Positions 17,479 to 27,405 of a stretch of 45,268 bases of DNA are shown in pieces. Positions within the stretch are counted from its first letter, which is position 1. Every line of letters starts with the position of its first letter. The translations under genes and the position numbers were made by a program. The notes below the pieces were generated by a model. That model was not told the origin of the DNA, searched no databases, and saw nothing but the letters and a program-made list of their open reading frames with translations. Source of the stretch: Kiloniellales bacterium (GTDB taxonomy: Bacteria; Pseudomonadota; Alphaproteobacteria; Kiloniellales; J153); NCBI GenBank assembly GCA_036444495.1, contig JAZGBC010000160.1, positions 1-45,268 of the forward strand, given 5' to 3'.

Positions 17479-20259
17479 ATGTTGACGCTCGGACCCCTGG
17501 CCTTCGCCCAACCCTGGCTGCTCATGGCGCTGGCCGGCCTGCCGCTTATCTGGCTCCTGCTGCGGGTCACGCCGCCGGCCCCGCGCCGTCTCAGCTTTCC
17601 AGCCATCCGTCTGCTCTTCGGCCTGCACCCGCCCGAGGAAACCTCGGCACGCACGCCGCCTTGGCTGATCGCGCTGCGCATGGCAATCGCGGCGCTGGTC
17701 ATCCTGGGACTCGCCCAACCGCTGCTCAACCCGGCGAAGCGGCTCACCGGAAGCGGCCCGCTGCTGCTCTTGATCGACGACGGCTGGGCCGCCGCGCGCG
17801 GCTGGCAGAGGAGGCAGGCGGCGCTGGATTCCCTGCTCGACCAGGCCGAGCGGGACGGCCGCCCGGTGGTCGTGGTCACCACCGCGCCCGATTCCCTGGA
17901 GCGGCCGCCCGCACCCTCGGGCATGCTTTCCGCCGGCGAGGCGCGCCGACTGGTCCAGGGCATCAAGCCGAAGCCCTGGCTCACCGACCGGGGCGCGGTG
18001 CTGGCCGCGCTCGAGGGCCTGGCGCTGCCCGGTTCGACCCACACGGTCTGGCTATCGGATGGTCTGGATGCGGGCCAGGCGCAGGCCTTGGCCAATCACC
18101 TGCAGGACTATGGCCGCCTGGATATTCTGCGCGACCGGCCGGGCGCACAGGCGCGCCTCCTGCTGCAGCCGGAAAGCGACGGCTTGGCACTTGTCGTGCG
18201 TCTCGCCCGCGCGGACCCGCAGGGCGCGGACAAGACCGCGATTCTGGCCACCGCCGATGACGGCGCCCTGGTGGCGCGCGCCGAGCTGACCTTTGCCGAC
18301 GGCGAGAGCGAAGCCCAGACACGCCTGGATCTGCCGGTCGAGTTGCGCAACCGCATCGCGCGCATCAGCGTCGAGGGCGAGGGCTCGGCCGGTGCGGTCG
18401 TGCTACTGGACGAGCGCTGGCGCCGCCGCCCAGTGGGACTGGTTTCGACCGGCCCCTTGGAAAACGCCCAGCCCCTGCTCAGCGAACTCTATTACTTGCA
18501 GCGCGCCCTCGAACCTTTCACGGAGCTGCGCCGCGGCACCATCAGGGAGCTGCTGGGCCGCGAGATCGCGGTGCTCATCCTGCCCGATATCGGGGCTCTC
18601 CCCGAGGAAGAGCGCAGCCTTCTGCGCGACTGGATGGAGAAGGGCGGCCTGCTGCTGCGCTTCGCCGGGCCGCGCCTGGCCGAGGGAAGCGGCGCGGGCA
18701 GCGCCGCGGCGCAAGCCGACGATCCGCTCATGCCGGTGCTCCTCAGGGTCGGCAACCGGAACCTGAGCGGCGTGCTCACCTGGGACCAGCCGGCGCGGCT
18801 CGCGCCCTTCGGCGAAGATAGTCCCTTTACGGGCCTCGCCTTATCCGAGGAGGTTCTGATCGGACGCCAGGTCCTGGCCGAGCCCTCGCTCGACCTGGGC
18901 GGGAAAACCTGGGCGCGGCTCAGTGACGGCACGCCGCTGGTCACCGCCGCCCAGCGCGGCGAGGGCCGCATCGTCCTGGTGCACACCACCGCGAACACCG
19001 ATTGGTCGAACCTGCCGCTGTCGGGCCTCTTCCTCGACATGCTGCGCCGGATCGTCGGCGTCAGCCAGGGCGTGGCGAGCGGGGATTCGGCCCAGGGCGC
19101 GCTGCCGCCGGTCGAAACGCTGGATGGTTTCGGGCAGCTCGGGCCGCCGACCGCGACCACCCTGGCGCTCGGCCGCGAGGCGTTGGGTGAAGGCCGCATC
19201 GGCCCGCGTCATCCGCCCGGCTACTACGGCAGCCAGGACCAACGCCGGGCGCACAATCTGATCGCGGCGAATCCTCCGTTTACGCCGATCACCCAGGTTC
19301 CCTTGGGCGTCACCCTGGGCTATTACGCCAAGGACAGTGAAACGGACTTGAAGCCCTGGCTCTTGATGACCGCGTTCCTGCTGCTGCTTGCGGATTTCCT
19401 GGTCGCGCTGGCCCTGCGCGGTCTGCTCGGCAACCTGTCGCGTACGGGGGCGCGGGCGGGCGCAGGCGCACTCCTGCTCGCGCTGCTGCTGCCCTTTGGT
19501 GAAAGCGCCGCGCAGACGAACGGCGCCGCCACGTCCGATGCGCGGGCGCTGGAAGCGACCCTGCAAACGCGCCTGGCCTATGTCGTGACCGGCGTGCCCG
19601 CGGTGGACGAGGTCAGCCGGGCGGGTCTTAGCGGCCTGACGCGGGTGCTCTATCAGCGCACCTCGATCGAAGCGGGCGAACCACTCGCGGTGGACGTGGC
19701 GCGCGACGAGCTGGCCTTTTTCCCGCTGCTCTACTGGCCGGTCACCACGGAGCAGCGCGACCTGCCCGAGATCGCCGTGCGCAAGCTGAACGCCTATATG
19801 AAGAACGGTGGCACGATCCTCTTCGACCTGCGCGATCCGGGCGGCGGCGCACAAATCCTCGGCCGCGGCGGGCGCGGTACCCAGGCCCTGCGGCGCCTGA
19901 CCCGGGACCTGGAAATTCCACGCCTGGCGCCGGTCCCGCCGGACCATGTGCTGACCAAATCCTTCTACCTGATGCAGGACTTCCCGGGCCGCTTCTCCAA
20001 CGGAACACTCTGGGTCGATGCGGGCGAGGAGCGGGTCAACGACGGCGTCGCCTCGGTGATCGTAGGCAGCAACGATTGGGCAGGCGCCTGGGCGGTCAAT
20101 GAATTCGGCCGGCCCAGCTTCGCCGTGGTGCCGGGCGGGGAACGCCAGCGCGAGATGGCCTACCGCTTCGGCGTGAACCTGACGATGTACGCCCTGACCG
20201 GCAACTACAAGGCCGACCAGGTGCATATTCCCTTCATCCTGGAGCGTTTGGGACAATGA
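17479..20259 (+). CDS. BatA_N (N-terminal double-TM) / DUF4159-type large membrane protein
   Basis: Start at ATG 17479: MLTLGPLAFAQPWLLMALAGLPLIWLLLRVTPP is the aerotolerance-regulator N-terminal motif. The C-terminal ...NLTMYALTGNYKADQVHIPFILERLG resembles DUF4159. The 75-codon upstream extension in the track is rejected. Confidence 0.75.
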   Translation: MLTLGPLAFAQPWLLMALAGLPLIWLLLRVTPPAPRRLSFPAIRLLFGLHPPEETSARTPPWLIALRMAIAALVILGLAQPLLNPAKRLTGSGPLLLLIDDGWAAARGWQRRQAALDSLLDQAERDGRPVVVVTTAPDSLERPPAPSGMLSAGEARRLVQGIKPKPWLTDRGAVLAALEGLALPGSTHTVWLSDGLDAGQAQALANHLQDYGRLDILRDRPGAQARLLLQPESDGLALVVRLARADPQGADKTAILATADDGALVARAELTFADGESEAQTRLDLPVELRNRIARISVEGEGSAGAVVLLDERWRRRPVGLVSTGPLENAQPLLSELYYLQRALEPFTELRRGTIRELLGREIAVLILPDIGALPEEERSLLRDWMEKGGLLLRFAGPRLAEGSGAGSAAAQADDPLMPVLLRVGNRNLSGVLTWDQPARLAPFGEDSPFTGLALSEEVLIGRQVLAEPSLDLGGKTWARLSDGTPLVTAAQRGEGRIVLVHTTANTDWSNLPLSGLFLDMLRRIVGVSQGVASGDSAQGALPPVETLDGFGQLGPPTATTLALGREALGEGRIGPRHPPGYYGSQDQRRAHNLIAANPPFTPITQVPLGVTLGYYAKDSETDLKPWLLMTAFLLLLADFLVALALRGLLGNLSRTGARAGAGALLLALLLPFGESAAQTNGAATSDARALEATLQTRLAYVVTGVPAVDEVSRAGLSGLTRVLYQRTSIEAGEPLAVDVARDELAFFPLLYWPVTTEQRDLPEIAVRKLNAYMKNGGTILFDLRDPGGGAQILGRGGRGTQALRRLTRDLEIPRLAPVPPDHVLTKSFYLMQDFPGRFSNGTLWVDAGEERVNDGVASVIVGSNDWAGAWAVNEFGRPSFAVVPGGERQREMAYRFGVNLTMYALTGNYKADQVHIPFILERLGQ

Positions 20260-22334
20260 GCGGCGCGCTGTCCATCGATTGGGCCCCCTTCTTTCCCTGG
20301 GCGCTGCTCGGGATCTTCACCCTGGCCGCGCTCGCGACACTCGCACTCGCGCTCTGGCGCCGGGCGCGCGGGCTGTGGTGGCGGGCGCTCGCGCTCACCT
20401 CCCTGCTCCTGGCGCTGGCCAACCCGACGCTCATCCGCGAAGAACGCAACCCGCTCAACGACATCGCGCTGGTCGTCATCGACGAAAGCCCGAGCCAGCG
20501 GATCGCGCCGCGCGAAACGCAGACCCTTGAGGCGGCACGACACGTGATCGAGGCGATCGAAGGGCTTCGGGACACCGAAGTGCGTGTCTTGCGCGCCGGT
20601 GGCGGGGCGGGCCGCACCGAGGAGGACGGCACGCGCCTTTTCACTACGCTGCGCCAAGGACTCTCCAGGGTCCCGCGCCAGCGCGTGGCCGGCGCCATCA
20701 TGATCAGCGACGGCCAGGTACACGACCTGCCCGAAAGCCTGGAGGCGCTCGGGCTCAACGCACCGCTGCATCTCCTGCTGACCGGCGACGTCGATGAGGC
20801 GGACCGGCGCTTGAGTATCACCCAGGCGCCGAGTTTCGGCATCATCGGGCGCAAGCTCACCCTGAAACTTCTGATCGAGGATCTGCCAAAGACGGGCGGC
20901 AAGGGCCTGGCGCGCGTCACCCTGCGCCGCGACGGCGGCGATGAGCGCATCCTGCAGGTGCCGGTGGGAAAGGAGCGCGAGGTCACCTTCGAGCTGGACC
21001 ACCGCGGCCCGACGGTGATCGAGATCGAGGCCGAGGCGGCGCCGCGCGAGCTGACGCTCGCCAACAACCGCTCGGTCGTGGTGGTCAACGGCGTGCGCGA
21101 CCGCCTGCGGGTGCTTCTGGTCTCGGGCGAACCCCACGCCGGCGAGCGCGCTTGGCGCAACATCCTCAAATCCGACCCTTCGGTCGATCTGGTGCACTTC
21201 ACCATCCTGCGCCCGCCGGAAAAGCAGGACGGCACGCCGATCCGCGAGCTTTCGCTCATCGCCTTCCCGACGCGCGAGCTGTTCGAGGTCAAGCTGGAGG
21301 AGTTCGACCTCGTCATCTTCGACCGCTACCGGCGCCGCGGCGTGCTGCCCGGCATCTATCTGGACAACATCGCGCGTTACGTGGAGGACGGCGGCGCGCT
21401 GTTGGAGGCCGTCGGCCCCTCCTTCGCCACGCCGCTTTCGCTGTACCGCACGCCGCTGGGGCGCGTGCTGCCGGCCGAGCCGAGCGGCGCGGTCTTCGAG
21501 CAGGGCTACCGCCCGCGCGTCACCGAGTTGGGCCTGCGCCACCCGGTCACAGCGGACTTGGCGGGCGCCGATCCCAAGTCCGAGCCCCGCTGGGGCCGCT
21601 GGTTCCGCCAGGTGGACGGCGACACCAAGAGCGGCGCGGTGGTCATGTCCGGCATCGAAGAACGGCCGCTCCTGATCCTCGATCGTGTCGGCGAAGGCCG
21701 GGTCGCGCAATTCATGAGCGATCACATGTGGCTCTGGGCGCGCGGCTTCGAGGGCGGCGGGCCGCAGGCGGAGCTGCTGCGCCGCGTCGCCCATTGGCTC
21801 ATGCGCGAGCCCGACCTGGAGGAGGAGGACCTGCGCGCCTCGGTCTCGGGCGGGCGGCTGGAGATCCTGCGCCGGTCACTCACGCTCGAGCACCCGGAAA
21901 TCGAGATCACCCTGCCCTCGGGCAAACGCGAAACCGCCACGCTGGAGATCGAGCAGGGCGGCCGCGCGCGGGGTTCCATAGCGGCTGCGGAAGGCGGGCT
22001 TTACCGGGTAAGCGACGGGACGCGCACCGCCCTGGCCGCCGCCGGCCCGCTCAATCCGCGCGAGTTCGAGGACGTGCGCGCCAGCGCGGCGCTCCTGCGG
22101 CCGCTCATCGAGCAAAGCGGCGGGACCGTGGTGACCCTGGCGACGCAGGACCTCCCCTTCCTGCGCAAGGTGAACCCGGGACGGGACAAGCACGGGCGCG
22201 GCTGGATCGGGCTCACGGCAAACGGCGGCTACGTCGTAACCGGCGTGGATCAGATCCCGCTCTTGCCGGGGCTGGCCTTGCTGCTCCTGGTCCTCGGCGC
22301 CGGTCTGATCGCCTGGTACCGCGAGGGGCATTAG
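20256..22334 (+). CDS. large membrane-anchored protein of the MoxR/DUF58 cluster (function unknown)
   Basis: 692 aa. N-terminal and C-terminal TM helices, ATGA overlap with the previous gene, protein-like composition. Confidence 0.6.
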   Translation: MSGALSIDWAPFFPWALLGIFTLAALATLALALWRRARGLWWRALALTSLLLALANPTLIREERNPLNDIALVVIDESPSQRIAPRETQTLEAARHVIEAIEGLRDTEVRVLRAGGGAGRTEEDGTRLFTTLRQGLSRVPRQRVAGAIMISDGQVHDLPESLEALGLNAPLHLLLTGDVDEADRRLSITQAPSFGIIGRKLTLKLLIEDLPKTGGKGLARVTLRRDGGDERILQVPVGKEREVTFELDHRGPTVIEIEAEAAPRELTLANNRSVVVVNGVRDRLRVLLVSGEPHAGERAWRNILKSDPSVDLVHFTILRPPEKQDGTPIRELSLIAFPTRELFEVKLEEFDLVIFDRYRRRGVLPGIYLDNIARYVEDGGALLEAVGPSFATPLSLYRTPLGRVLPAEPSGAVFEQGYRPRVTELGLRHPVTADLAGADPKSEPRWGRWFRQVDGDTKSGAVVMSGIEERPLLILDRVGEGRVAQFMSDHMWLWARGFEGGGPQAELLRRVAHWLMREPDLEEEDLRASVSGGRLEILRRSLTLEHPEIEITLPSGKRETATLEIEQGGRARGSIAAAEGGLYRVSDGTRTALAAAGPLNPREFEDVRASAALLRPLIEQSGGTVVTLATQDLPFLRKVNPGRDKHGRGWIGLTANGGYVVTGVDQIPLLPGLALLLLVLGAGLIAWYREGH

Positions 22335-22362
22335 AGTTGGTTCTAGGGCCCCTTACCGTGTC

Positions 22363-22902
22363 CTATGCGGCGCTGCCGCCCGATCTAAGGGAGTCTCCTG
22401 CGCCTGCTTCCTCGGCCCGGCCGACGAGGCCGCTTACGCCATCGAGGGCAGCAGGGACGATCTCCAGCACCTGGAAGCGCCGCGCCTCCACCGGTCCGGG
22501 CAGGACGAGCCCGGCCGCCCCGGCGTTCACGAAGCCATAGGGGCCGTAATACTCCGGCTCGCCCACCACCAGGCAGATGCGCTCGCCCAGGCGCTTGGCC
22601 GCGGCCAGGCCGTGGCGCACCAGCGCGCGGCCGATGCCCAGGCCCTGCAGCACCGGCTCCACGGCGAGCGGGCCCAACAGGATCGCGCGCGCCTCGCCGA
22701 TCCGCACCGGCCAGAAACGCAGCGAGGCGAGCAGCCCGCCATCGGGCGCAATAGCGGAGAAGGAAAGTTCAGCCATGGGCTCGACGCCTTCGCGCAGGCG
22801 ATAGACGGTCTTGTCCAGCCGGTCGAAGCCGAAGGTGCGGTCGAGCAGGGGATTGAGGAGCGCGGCGTCGTCGGGCCGCTCAGGGAGGATTTCGAATTGC
22901 AT
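22363..22902 (-). CDS. GNAT family N-acetyltransferase
   Basis: 179 aa. The LGPLAV.P..QG.GIG.ALV..GL acetyl-CoA binding motif (Q/RxxGxG/A) is present. Confidence 0.8.
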   Translation of the reverse strand: MQFEILPERPDDAALLNPLLDRTFGFDRLDKTVYRLREGVEPMAELSFSAIAPDGGLLASLRFWPVRIGEARAILLGPLAVEPVLQGLGIGRALVRHGLAAAKRLGERICLVVGEPEYYGPYGFVNAGAAGLVLPGPVEARRFQVLEIVPAALDGVSGLVGRAEEAGAGDSLRSGGSAA

Positions 22903-23139
22903 GGTTTCTCGGGTCCTGACGGCCCGGGACTAGTCTTCCGGACCGGATCGTTGCTGTGTCATGTCAATGTTTGGGGCCGCGGTCGCGGCGACGGGGCCCT
23001 TACGCGCGGAGCGCAAAGGTTCTGATACGTCTTCGCCGTAGAGCAGCCCGTTGGAACATTGGCCAGACCCCGCCTCGATGGGTTCGGATCCGAGAAACGC
23101 GCCCCGAATAACACAAGACTTGTTAACAAACCAGTGCCT

Positions 23140-24030
23140 TCAGGGCTCCTTCACGCGCCGGGCCCGGAGCTCCGGCAGGGCCTCGGTGACGCCGGCCAGG
23201 ATGATCAGCACACAGCCCGCCCCCTCGCGCCAGCCGAAGGGCTCGTCGGTCAACAGGCTGGAGCTGATGGAAGCCACCACCACCTCGAGCAGCAGAAGGA
23301 TCGAGACGCGCCCGGGTTCGAGCTTGGAAGCGGCCCAGAGCACGGGCCAGGTGGCCGGCAGCACGAAGAAAACCGCGATGACGAAGGCGAGCGGCAGGCC
23401 CTCCAGCACCAGGCGTCCCGTGGCCGGCGGCGAGGCGCCGAAGGCGATCAGCAGGAACGCGGTCAGGGTGGCGGCAACGAAGGCCACGAAGGTCTTTTCC
23501 AGACCCGCGACCTCCTCGGAGTCGCGCGCCAGGGTGGCCGAGACGGCGAAAAGCAGGCCCGAAATCAGGCCCAGCCAATCGCCTTCGGAACGCGGCAGGG
23601 GCAGGCCCTCCTCCACACCCAGGATGATCGCCGCACCCGTCAGCCCCAGGATCACGGTGAGCGCACGCAGGGGCCCGACCCGCGTCTTGAGAACGAAGAT
23701 GGCGAGCAGCGTGGCCCAGACCGGCGCCAGATAGAACAGCAGCACGACGCGCATGACCTGGCCGACGAGGACCGCATGATTCCACAGGACCAGCACCACG
23801 CCGAACAGCAGGCCGCAGAGCAGCAGCGTCCAGCCGCCCGCGTACAGCCGCCGCCGCCGCACCCAGGCCACGGGCAGGAGCACGCCCGCACCGATGGCGA
23901 AGATGGCCAGGCTGGCCCAGTCGCCCGGCAGGCCGCGCTCGGCCAGCCAGCGCAGGGGCAGCCACCAGAGTCCCCACAAGACCGCGCAGGCCACGACGGC
24001 GAGCGCCGGCAGGGCGGCCCCGCCGCCCAT
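23140..24030 (-). CDS. EamA/DMT-family transporter
   Basis: 296 aa from MGGGAAL, about 10 hydrophobic helices in two EamA-like halves. It starts 5 nt after the LysR gene stop. Confidence 0.7.
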   Translation of the reverse strand: MGGGAALPALAVVACAVLWGLWWLPLRWLAERGLPGDWASLAIFAIGAGVLLPVAWVRRRRLYAGGWTLLLCGLLFGVVLVLWNHAVLVGQVMRVVLLFYLAPVWATLLAIFVLKTRVGPLRALTVILGLTGAAIILGVEEGLPLPRSEGDWLGLISGLLFAVSATLARDSEEVAGLEKTFVAFVAATLTAFLLIAFGASPPATGRLVLEGLPLAFVIAVFFVLPATWPVLWAASKLEPGRVSILLLLEVVVASISSSLLTDEPFGWREGAGCVLIILAGVTEALPELRARRVKEP

Positions 24031-24035
24031 CGTGC

Positions 24036-24965
24036 TCAGGCGCTCAGTTCCTCGTCCCAATAGGGTGTCCCCCCGAAGCGTTCGGCCAGAAAATCCACGA
24101 ACACGCGCACCTTCGGCGAGAGGTGCCGCGCGGCAGGATAGACCGCGTAGACCGCGGTGTCTGCCGGCTCGCTCCATTCGGGCAGGATATGCACCAGGCG
24201 CCCGGCGCGCAGGTCTTCGCCGCAGATGAAGGTGGGCAGGAAGGCTATCCCCAGACCGCCAATGGCCGCGGCCAGCAGGGCATCCCCATTATTGATGCGC
24301 AGGCGCCCGGTCACGCGCAGGCGCCGCTCGCCGCCCGGGCCGCACAAACGCCAGACATCGCCCGCCGTCTGGTAACTGTAGAGCAGGCACTCGCGGTCCT
24401 GCAGGTCATCAAGGGCGGCCGGCTGCCCGCGCTCAGCCATATAGGCGGGCGCGGCGCAGAGCACGCGCCGGTTGGGCGCCAGACGCCGGGCGATCAGACT
24501 GGAGTCCTCCAGCTTGGCGATGCGCACCCCCACATCGAAGCCCTCCTCCACCAGGTCCACGAATCGGTCGTTGAGCGTCATCTCGACCGAAAGCTCGGGA
24601 TAGCGCGCCATGAAGTCCGGCAGGGCCGGGCCGACGCGGCGCACGCCGAAGGACATGGGCGCGTTGACCCGCAGCCGCCCGCGCGGCGCGGCGGCCAACT
24701 GCGTGACCGCCTGCTCGGCGGCCTCGGCCTCGGCCACCACGCGTTGACAGCCCTCGTAGTAGGCGGCCCCCGCCTCGGTCAGCGACAGGCGCCGGGTGGT
24801 GCGGTTGAGCAGGCGGACGCCGAGCGCCTCCTCCAGTCGGCTCACCTGTTTGGACACCGCCGACTTGGACAAGCCCAACTCGCGCGCCGCCTGGGAGAAG
24901 CTCTCGGCCTCCACGACACGGGCGAAGACCGCCATGGCATCCAATCGTTCCATATTCCAGCCCAC
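24036..24965 (-). CDS. LysR-family transcriptional regulator
   Basis: N-terminal wHTH (FARVVEAESFSQAARELGLSKSAVSKQVSRLEEALGVRLLNRTTRR) plus an LTTR substrate-binding domain. The start could instead be the ATG at 24953. Confidence 0.85.
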   Translation of the reverse strand: MGWNMERLDAMAVFARVVEAESFSQAARELGLSKSAVSKQVSRLEEALGVRLLNRTTRRLSLTEAGAAYYEGCQRVVAEAEAAEQAVTQLAAAPRGRLRVNAPMSFGVRRVGPALPDFMARYPELSVEMTLNDRFVDLVEEGFDVGVRIAKLEDSSLIARRLAPNRRVLCAAPAYMAERGQPAALDDLQDRECLLYSYQTAGDVWRLCGPGGERRLRVTGRLRINNGDALLAAAIGGLGIAFLPTFICGEDLRAGRLVHILPEWSEPADTAVYAVYPAARHLSPKVRVFVDFLAERFGGTPYWDEELSA

Positions 24966-24984
24966 CCCCGGGAAAGCGGGAACC

Positions 24985-25008
24985 TATTGTTTCTATATAG
25001 AAACAATA
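24985..25008. promoter_or_regulatory. perfect 24-bp palindrome, candidate LysR-type operator
   Basis: TATTGTTTCTAT/ATAGAAACAATA is exactly self-complementary. It lies in the AT-rich divergent LysR-pirin intergenic region. A half-site-like TAGAAAC recurs about 40 nt downstream. Confidence 0.6.
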
Positions 25009-25147
25009 AATTTCTTCAAGGGCCTATTATAAATACTCTAGAAACCGCCTATCTTTCCGGTCGAGACAAGAGCATGCGCGGGCGCGGGCCCTAGGGGCGC
25101 TGGGCGCCAGGCTGGGACGGAATGACGGGAACAAGGAGGTCCTTATC

Positions 25148-25846
25148 ATGATCGAGGTGCGGCGATTCGACGCACTCGGCCGGTTCGACAACGACTGGCT
25201 GTCGGCGCGATATCATTTCAGCTTTGCGGGCTACCACGACCCGACGCGCAGCGGGGTCGGCCCGCTCTTGGTCTGGAACGACGATACGATCCAGCCGGGC
25301 CGCGGCTTCGACCTGCACGGCCACCGCGACATGGAGATCGTCACCTACGTGCGGTCCGGCGCCATCAGTCACGAGGACCACTTGGGCAACCGGGGGCGCA
25401 CCGAGGCTGGCGACGTCCAGGTCATGTCCGCCGGCACGGGCATCCGCCACGCGGAGTTCAACCTGGAGCCGGAGATCACCCAGATCTTCCAGATCTGGAT
25501 CGAGACGGCGGAACAGGGCCTGGCGCCCCGCTGGGAGCAGCGCCGCTTTCCCAAGGCCGAGCGCGAGGGGGTGCTCACTCCGCTCGCCTCGGGCCGAGCG
25601 GGCGATGAGGGTGCGCTCAAGATCTATCAGGACGCGGCGATCCTGGGGGCCACGCTGAACGAAGGGCAAAGCGTCACCCATCGCCTGGACGCCGGCCGCC
25701 GTGCCTATCTCGTGCCGGCGCGCGGAAGCATCGAGGTCAACGGCACCCGGGTTGAGGCGCGCGACGGCGTGACGATCACGGACGAAACGGAGATCACCAT
25801 CGGCGCGCTGGAGGACTCCGAAATCCTGCTCGCCGACTTGCCGTAA
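25148..25846 (+). CDS. pirin family protein
   Basis: 232 aa. GF..HGHRDMEI.TYV..G...H.D..GN and AG.GI.H.E.N motifs of the pirin bicupin. Confidence 0.85.
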   Translation: MIEVRRFDALGRFDNDWLSARYHFSFAGYHDPTRSGVGPLLVWNDDTIQPGRGFDLHGHRDMEIVTYVRSGAISHEDHLGNRGRTEAGDVQVMSAGTGIRHAEFNLEPEITQIFQIWIETAEQGLAPRWEQRRFPKAEREGVLTPLASGRAGDEGALKIYQDAAILGATLNEGQSVTHRLDAGRRAYLVPARGSIEVNGTRVEARDGVTITDETEITIGALEDSEILLADLP

Positions 25847-25890
25847 AGGCGGATGCGGCGATCACGCTAAGTCACGAAGGAGGAAGAGTT

Positions 25891-26364
25891 ATGACCGATA
25901 CAACCAGCGAGCCCCGCCTGATCGTCCCGGCGCTGGGGCCGCTTTATGCGAATCTCTCGCGCTGGAGCTATCCCATCATCCGGTTTTTCACGGGACTCAT
26001 CCTCGTGCCCCACGGGGCGCAGAAGCTGTTCGGCTGGTTCGGCGGCTACGGCCTGGAAGGCACCGGCGGTTATCTTTCCAAGAGCCTGGGGCTCGAGCCG
26101 GGCGTGTTCTGGGCGGCGCTGGTGGGCGGCACGGAGTTCTTCGGCGGGCTGCTCCTGGCCATTGGCCTGCTGACACGACCCGCCGCCGTGGGCGTGGTCA
26201 TCGTCATGGCAGTGGCCGTCTTCGCCGTGCATCTGCCGAACGGCTTCTTCTGGGGCGCGGGCGGCTACGAGTATCCGCTGCTCTGGGGCCTACTTGCTCT
26301 AGCCATCGCGTTCCGGGGCGGGGCGGAGATGTCGCTCGACCGCATGATCGGCCGCGAGTTCTGA
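25891..26364 (+). CDS. DoxX family membrane protein
   Basis: 157 aa, 4 TM helices. R...G..L..HG..KLFG motif of DoxX. Confidence 0.75.
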   Translation: MTDTTSEPRLIVPALGPLYANLSRWSYPIIRFFTGLILVPHGAQKLFGWFGGYGLEGTGGYLSKSLGLEPGVFWAALVGGTEFFGGLLLAIGLLTRPAAVGVVIVMAVAVFAVHLPNGFFWGAGGYEYPLLWGLLALAIAFRGGAEMSLDRMIGREF

Positions 26365-26388
26365 ACGAAAAAGGCCGGAGCGAAGATC

Positions 26389-27405
26389 ATGGGCCTTTTG
26401 GTCGACGGGGTTTGGCAGGACCGCTGGTACGACACGAGGAAGACCGGCGGGCGCTTCGTCCGGCAACGGACCGCTTTCCGCAATTGGGTGACGCCGGACG
26501 GGGCGCCGGGCCCGAGCGGCGAAGGCGGCTTCAAGGCCGAGCCGGGGCGCTATCATCTCTACGTCTCGCTCGCCTGCCCTTGGGCGCACCGCACGCTGAT
26601 CTTCCGCAGGCTCAAACGGCTGGAGGAAATTATCTCCCTCTCGGTCGTGCACTGGCACATGGGCGAGCAGGGTTGGGAGTTCCGCGACGGCCCGGGCTGC
26701 ATCCCCGATGACGTAAACGGCGCGCGCGCCCTGCACGAGGTCTACACCAAGGCCAAGCCCGATTACACGGGCCGGGTGACCGTGCCCCTGCTCTGGGACA
26801 AGGAGCGCCGGACCATCGTCAACAACGAGTCCTCCGAGATCATCCGCATGTTCAACTCGGCGTTCGATGCCTGGGGCGATGCAACGCTGGACTTTTGCCC
26901 CGAAGAGCTGCGTGCCGAGATCGACGCGATCAACGAGCGGGTCTACGACACTATCAACAACGGAGTCTACAAGGCCGGCTTCTCCACGCGCCAGGAGGCC
27001 TATGAAGAGGCCGTTGACGCGCTCTTCGACATGCTCGACGAGCTGGAGGACCGACTGTTGCGCCAGCGCTACCTGACCGGCGATCGCATCACCGAAGCCG
27101 ACTGGCGCCTGTTCACCACGCTCCTGCGCTTCGATCCGGTCTACCTGGGCCACTTCAAGTGCAACAAGCGGCGACTCATCGACTATCCCAACCTCTGGGG
27201 CTTCACGCGCGAGCTCTATCAGGTGCCCGGCGTGGCCGAGACCGTGAACCTGCACCACATCAAGCAGCACTATTACGGTAGCCACAAAACCGTGAACCCG
27301 AGCGGCATTGTGCCCAAGGGCCCGGAGATCGATTTCACGGAACCTCACGGGCGCGAAAGACCAAAGAGGAAAGATATTGAGACATGGGAGGTGACAAGAG
27401 CATGA
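26389..27405 (+). CDS. yqjG: Xi-class glutathione transferase (glutathionyl-hydroquinone reductase, YqjG/ECM4-like)
   Basis: 338 aa. GRYHLYVSLACPWAHRTLI (CPWA active-site motif) and VTVPLLWDK blocks. Confidence 0.85.
   Translation: MGLLVDGVWQDRWYDTRKTGGRFVRQRTAFRNWVTPDGAPGPSGEGGFKAEPGRYHLYVSLACPWAHRTLIFRRLKRLEEIISLSVVHWHMGEQGWEFRDGPGCIPDDVNGARALHEVYTKAKPDYTGRVTVPLLWDKERRTIVNNESSEIIRMFNSAFDAWGDATLDFCPEELRAEIDAINERVYDTINNGVYKAGFSTRQEAYEEAVDALFDMLDELEDRLLRQRYLTGDRITEADWRLFTTLLRFDPVYLGHFKCNKRRLIDYPNLWGFTRELYQVPGVAETVNLHHIKQHYYGSHKTVNPSGIVPKGPEIDFTEPHGRERPKRKDIETWEVTRA

Noticed and set aside
16614-21794. Long minus-strand ORFs (16614..18095, 18841..20256, 20205..21794, 20234..21316) and the alternative plus-frame ORF 21152..22540
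   Set aside because: All overlap the DUF58 / BatA_N / 692-aa genes. Their translations are Arg/Pro/Gly/Ala-rich with no recognisable domains.
23051-24063. Plus-strand ORFs 23051..23734 and 23059..24063 opposite the EamA transporter gene
   Set aside because: Low-complexity shadow ORFs. The minus strand gives a coherent multi-helix membrane protein.
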